DNA of 64,000 nucleotides from Plasmodiophora brassicae (Eukaryota): NCBI GenBank assembly GCA_036867785.1, contig CP145411.1, positions 496,001 to 560,000 of the forward strand, read 5' to 3'. Shown piece by piece: positions 60,653 to 64,000 of this stretch (position 1 is its first letter; each line of letters starts with the position of its first letter). The notes under the pieces were generated by a model. It saw only the letters and a program-made list of their open reading frames with translations, ran no database searches and was not told where the DNA came from. The position numbers and the translations under genes were made by a program.

Positions 60653-61938
60653 TCATGCCAGTAGTCTTAGCCATGGGACGAAACATCGCCCAACCGGGCC
60701 GTGGGCCCCCCTGAGCCCTGTCCGAGATCATGTTCGACGCGCTCTTGTCGGTTCGACAATACTTCAGTCTCGACGTTCACCATGGTGTTAGTGTTGAAGG
60801 CAACGATCATCAGAAGGATAATCCAGTCCTGGACTCGTCCGGCAGAACAATGCGACGAGGAAGTAGCGGCTGCCTCGGAGCCAGAAGCTAGCAAGCACGT
60901 CCGTACGACTGCCAATGGATCAGGTGTCGGATGCACGAAATGGGGCCGGAACGCTGTGTGTTCGTTGCTGTAGTGACACTCGACACGGGCAGGCAACGGG
61001 GCTGTGACTGGCCATCTTGCCACTTCCATACAGACAAAAGCAAAGTACCATTCGGTTCACAGCCAGGGACCCCATCCCATAGATGGTGTAGGACGTATTG
61101 CTCTTATCAGCTAAACAACCAGGCAATGGAAGCCGTCGACCGCCTGAAAGATTTGGACTACCACTTCATGGCCGGGCATCGTGAGATAGAACACGTGAAG
61201 AAGCGCATGTAACGCGCACGAAAACCAGACTCTCGTCACAGTTCCTGGCGCCAATGCTTGAGTTTATCAACAGGTTTGTCTCTGGGTCCAGGTATCCGGC
61301 CCTGAACTGCTGGCGTTTACCTCCATCGAGCTTGACCTGTGCTACTACGTAATGCTCGCCTGGGAAATACTTCGACAGAGGTCTCTAAACGCACAGGATA
61401 CCTGAGCAAGGCTCGCTACAGTGCACTTCTGAAAGCAGTACGCGGTCCTCAGAAGCGCTCAAACTCTGAAGAGCGAAACCTAACTCAGAAACACGATCCC
61501 GACGTTGCTCACGTCTTGGACGTCTTTAGGCATCTCAGTGCTTCAGTTTGTTAATTACATATAGTACCTGAATGGCCAACTATCAGCGCTGATGACGACC
61601 CACGAGATGGGCGTCACACGCGAAGCCAAGGTAGGCCAGCTGGAGCTACCGTGTTTCTCACGAATCCTGTGAAAGGGTAAGTGAATTATTCTAAAGCCTT
61701 GTACTCCAATGGTACAGTAATCTGCGGATAACGGGGCTGGTGTCATGCATTCCGGCAGGGTGTCATTAAGCTGGAATGATCAAACGCTGACAGTGCATGC
61801 ATGGATTAAGGGGTATGCTCGATGCGCGACTGTGTCAGGGAATACTAAGTTTGCCAAACTTCATCACCCGCATTTATCTGTTACTCAATCCTAGTGTACA
61901 TTAGATGACGCCTTGAGGAGTTATCCCTGGAAGGAAAG

Positions 61939-62499
61939 CTAGGCGACTTCGCCTACGACAACCCAGTCACCATCGGTCTCATTGCTCTCGTAGCATGCCT
62001 CCGCTGAACATGACCCGTTCTTGGACGATTTGGGGGGGTTCGCGTGGCGCGGCCGAACACGATGACCCGCGTGGCCATCGAGGATCAAACGTAACATGCA
62101 CATTGTCTTGATGTCGTTGTACATCTTGTCCAGCCTGTCGCTTTGCGCGTAGCATCCCATGTTGGATTGATATTTCGCCCCCGGATCGCTAATCAGATGC
62201 TGACCACGACCTTCGCGAGCGACAGGCCAAGTTCGGTGACGGCCAGCTGCTGAGTCAGTGATCCCACCGGTACTGCCCCACTTATTTGGATTCTTCAAAG
62301 CTTCCTGGCCGCGAGGGATGTCGCTTGATGACGGACCGATAGACATCATTATTCCAGGGCGCTTGAAGCGGCATCGCGAAGGCGATCGGTAAGCGTCGTC
62401 GTACGGCGTACGAATACGATGCGGAACGCTCGTGGCGCTACCACAGAACACGATGACAGCAATCCAGACGATCCAGACTTGAGAACTCCCCAGAGACAT
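61939..62499 (-). CDS. Small putative secreted protein (186 aa), unknown function
   Basis: Intronless ORF with signal-like MSLGSSQVWIVWIAVIVFCGSATS. Confidence 0.5.
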   Translation of the reverse strand: MSLGSSQVWIVWIAVIVFCGSATSVPHRIRTPYDDAYRSPSRCRFKRPGIMMSIGPSSSDIPRGQEALKNPNKWGSTGGITDSAAGRHRTWPVAREGRGQHLISDPGAKYQSNMGCYAQSDRLDKMYNDIKTMCMLRLILDGHAGHRVRPRHANPPKSSKNGSCSAEACYESNETDGDWVVVGEVA

Positions 62500-62976
62500 C
62501 GATCGACTCAACAAGAAACGCGTCAGGCCTTCAGCGGTCTGCGCGGCACCCCGCGCGCGTTCAGGGCCCGGTTTTACAAATTGGCTCGCCTGCGCGGCTC
62601 GGGCAGAGCACAGTGCGATGTCGCAGGTCAACTGTGTTCCATACTCGTGCAGCCTATTCGCAATGATACTGAACGGGCGATGGTTGGTTGTCAAATGAAA
62701 GATCATCTGTCGTCGCGGTCGTGACACCGGAGGGCACTTCTACAGGTGTCGCCAAACAGACACTGTTGCATAACCACAATGGAACGCAATACCTATTTCG
62801 GTTTCGAATGACATCCACCATGGTTCAGAAGGGCATGGCAGTTCGCAGCTGACACTTGTGGCATGACACTGAAAGTCGAGAGTCGACGGCCTTTACGAAG
62901 ACTTGTAGGAGTGTAGGACAGGTTTCGCGAAAGCCGCGCTTGCCGAGTTGCAGAAGTCCGTACGCTCTCTGTCGCG

Positions 62977-63682
62977 ATGGCGTCTGCTGACGACAACGTC
63001 GTGCCGCCACTAGACCTGACTGACACGTTGGCAATCAAGCATGTGCTGGACGACCAAGCCGTCCTGGTTGGGGAATTGGGATTTGTGATTTATACAGGGC
63101 CCGTTACTGATCGGTCGATATCTGCCGTAGTTTATCACGCAGAAGGGATACGAGGAGGACTACGTTCCGTTCGCGTTGAACTCTGTAATCTCCGTCATTG
63201 CTGTCGTATTGGCAGTTGTTGGGCATTTCCTGGAGTTCCCCGGCAAACGGATGTATGTGATCCTCTGTGTGGCTGGATTCGCCGTATGTGTCGGGCTCCT
63301 CAACTTCTTGAAAATGCATTATGGGAAGAACTGCTTGCTGTCAACGAAGCCTCGAACTGTATATCATGTCGCATTTCCTACTTGCAATGTTCAACTCACG
63401 TTTCATTAGTCTCGCACACCAGATCAAATTCAACAACTTGGGAAGGTCGCTCCAGGACTGTCCTTGTCGTCTGAGATGCCTCGCTTGCAACCGATGTACA
63501 CTGTGAGCATTTGCAGTCGCCCTTACGCGCAAGCGACCAAGGTCCTCGAGCCGATCACGAAGGAGCTGTCTGTTTTCGAGTTCTTCACTGTTGACGGGCA
63601 GTTCCTCCAGGTCAAGTTCTTTGATCGGCTCAACGAGGTTCTGGAGCTGTATCACGCATCTGCATCGAAGAAGACAAAATGA
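62977..63682 (+). CDS. SPCS2: Signal peptidase complex subunit 2 (SPC25)
   Basis: DTLAIKHVLDD, GYEEDY, two TM segments, SSEMPRLQPMYTV, SVFEFFTVDGQF. Confidence 0.85.
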
Positions 63683-64000
63683 TGCTTTCTTTCCCAGCTA
63701 ATACACGTGCATTTCACTCGGCCAGTTCGCATGAGCCCAGTCATAGGTGCACAACAACAGTACTAAGGTCCTCGGCGTGGATTGGCGGTTAGGAGGTACG
63801 CATGGCGTGGGTCCGGCGCAGGCTCTAACGGGCTACGTATCTGCACGCTCCGTCACCGCCGAGACCTACTCCTGGACGCCTGGATAATAAGGTTGGATCC
63901 AATAAGCTGATGCCAGATGGAGTGCACGACTATAGTCGTGTACTGTTGACCGTTCATAGGGCGTCTGCTAATCGGAGCCGACCTTATCATCCAGGCTTCC

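Noticed and set aside
60667-61850. Possible minus-strand multi-exon gene
   Set aside because: Probably coding given gene density, but no domain or reliable frame could be identified.

Overview
Eukaryotic DNA from a compact, GC-rich genome with short (~50-65 nt) GT-AG introns. Intron size, gene density and a secreted chitin-binding/deacetylase gene fit a phytomyxid such as Plasmodiophora (inference only). The window has two parts. (1) 1 to ~23.4 kb is a transposon-rich accessory region. It opens with an inverted duplication of a MULE/SWIM transposase fragment plus a RING-H2 gene. The left copy carries an 807-bp TA-flanked TIR element. The right copy carries a tyrosine-recombinase (YR, Crypton-like) element at 2920-9250, inserted in the SWIM finger. 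The recombinase gene is itself split by a 3618-bp CACTG-ended element with a TGT target duplication. Each duplicated copy shows the empty site of the other's insertion, so the junctions can be read to the base, and removing the CACTA element restores a 718-aa recombinase ORF. Further on are a tRNA-SINE-like element, CRE, Gypsy and CACTA relics (many folded into local inverted repeats), and duplicated small or secreted genes. (2) ~24 to 64 kb is gene-dense core sequence: glutamate decarboxylase, an NPPF-type methyltransferase, SSRP1, ADIP-like, NUDT21, ATR, RPL36, FANCD2, an ML-domain protein, organellar HisRS, DCAF15-like and SPCS2. Multi-exon gene coordinates are hand-derived spans; family names come from motif recognition, not database searches.
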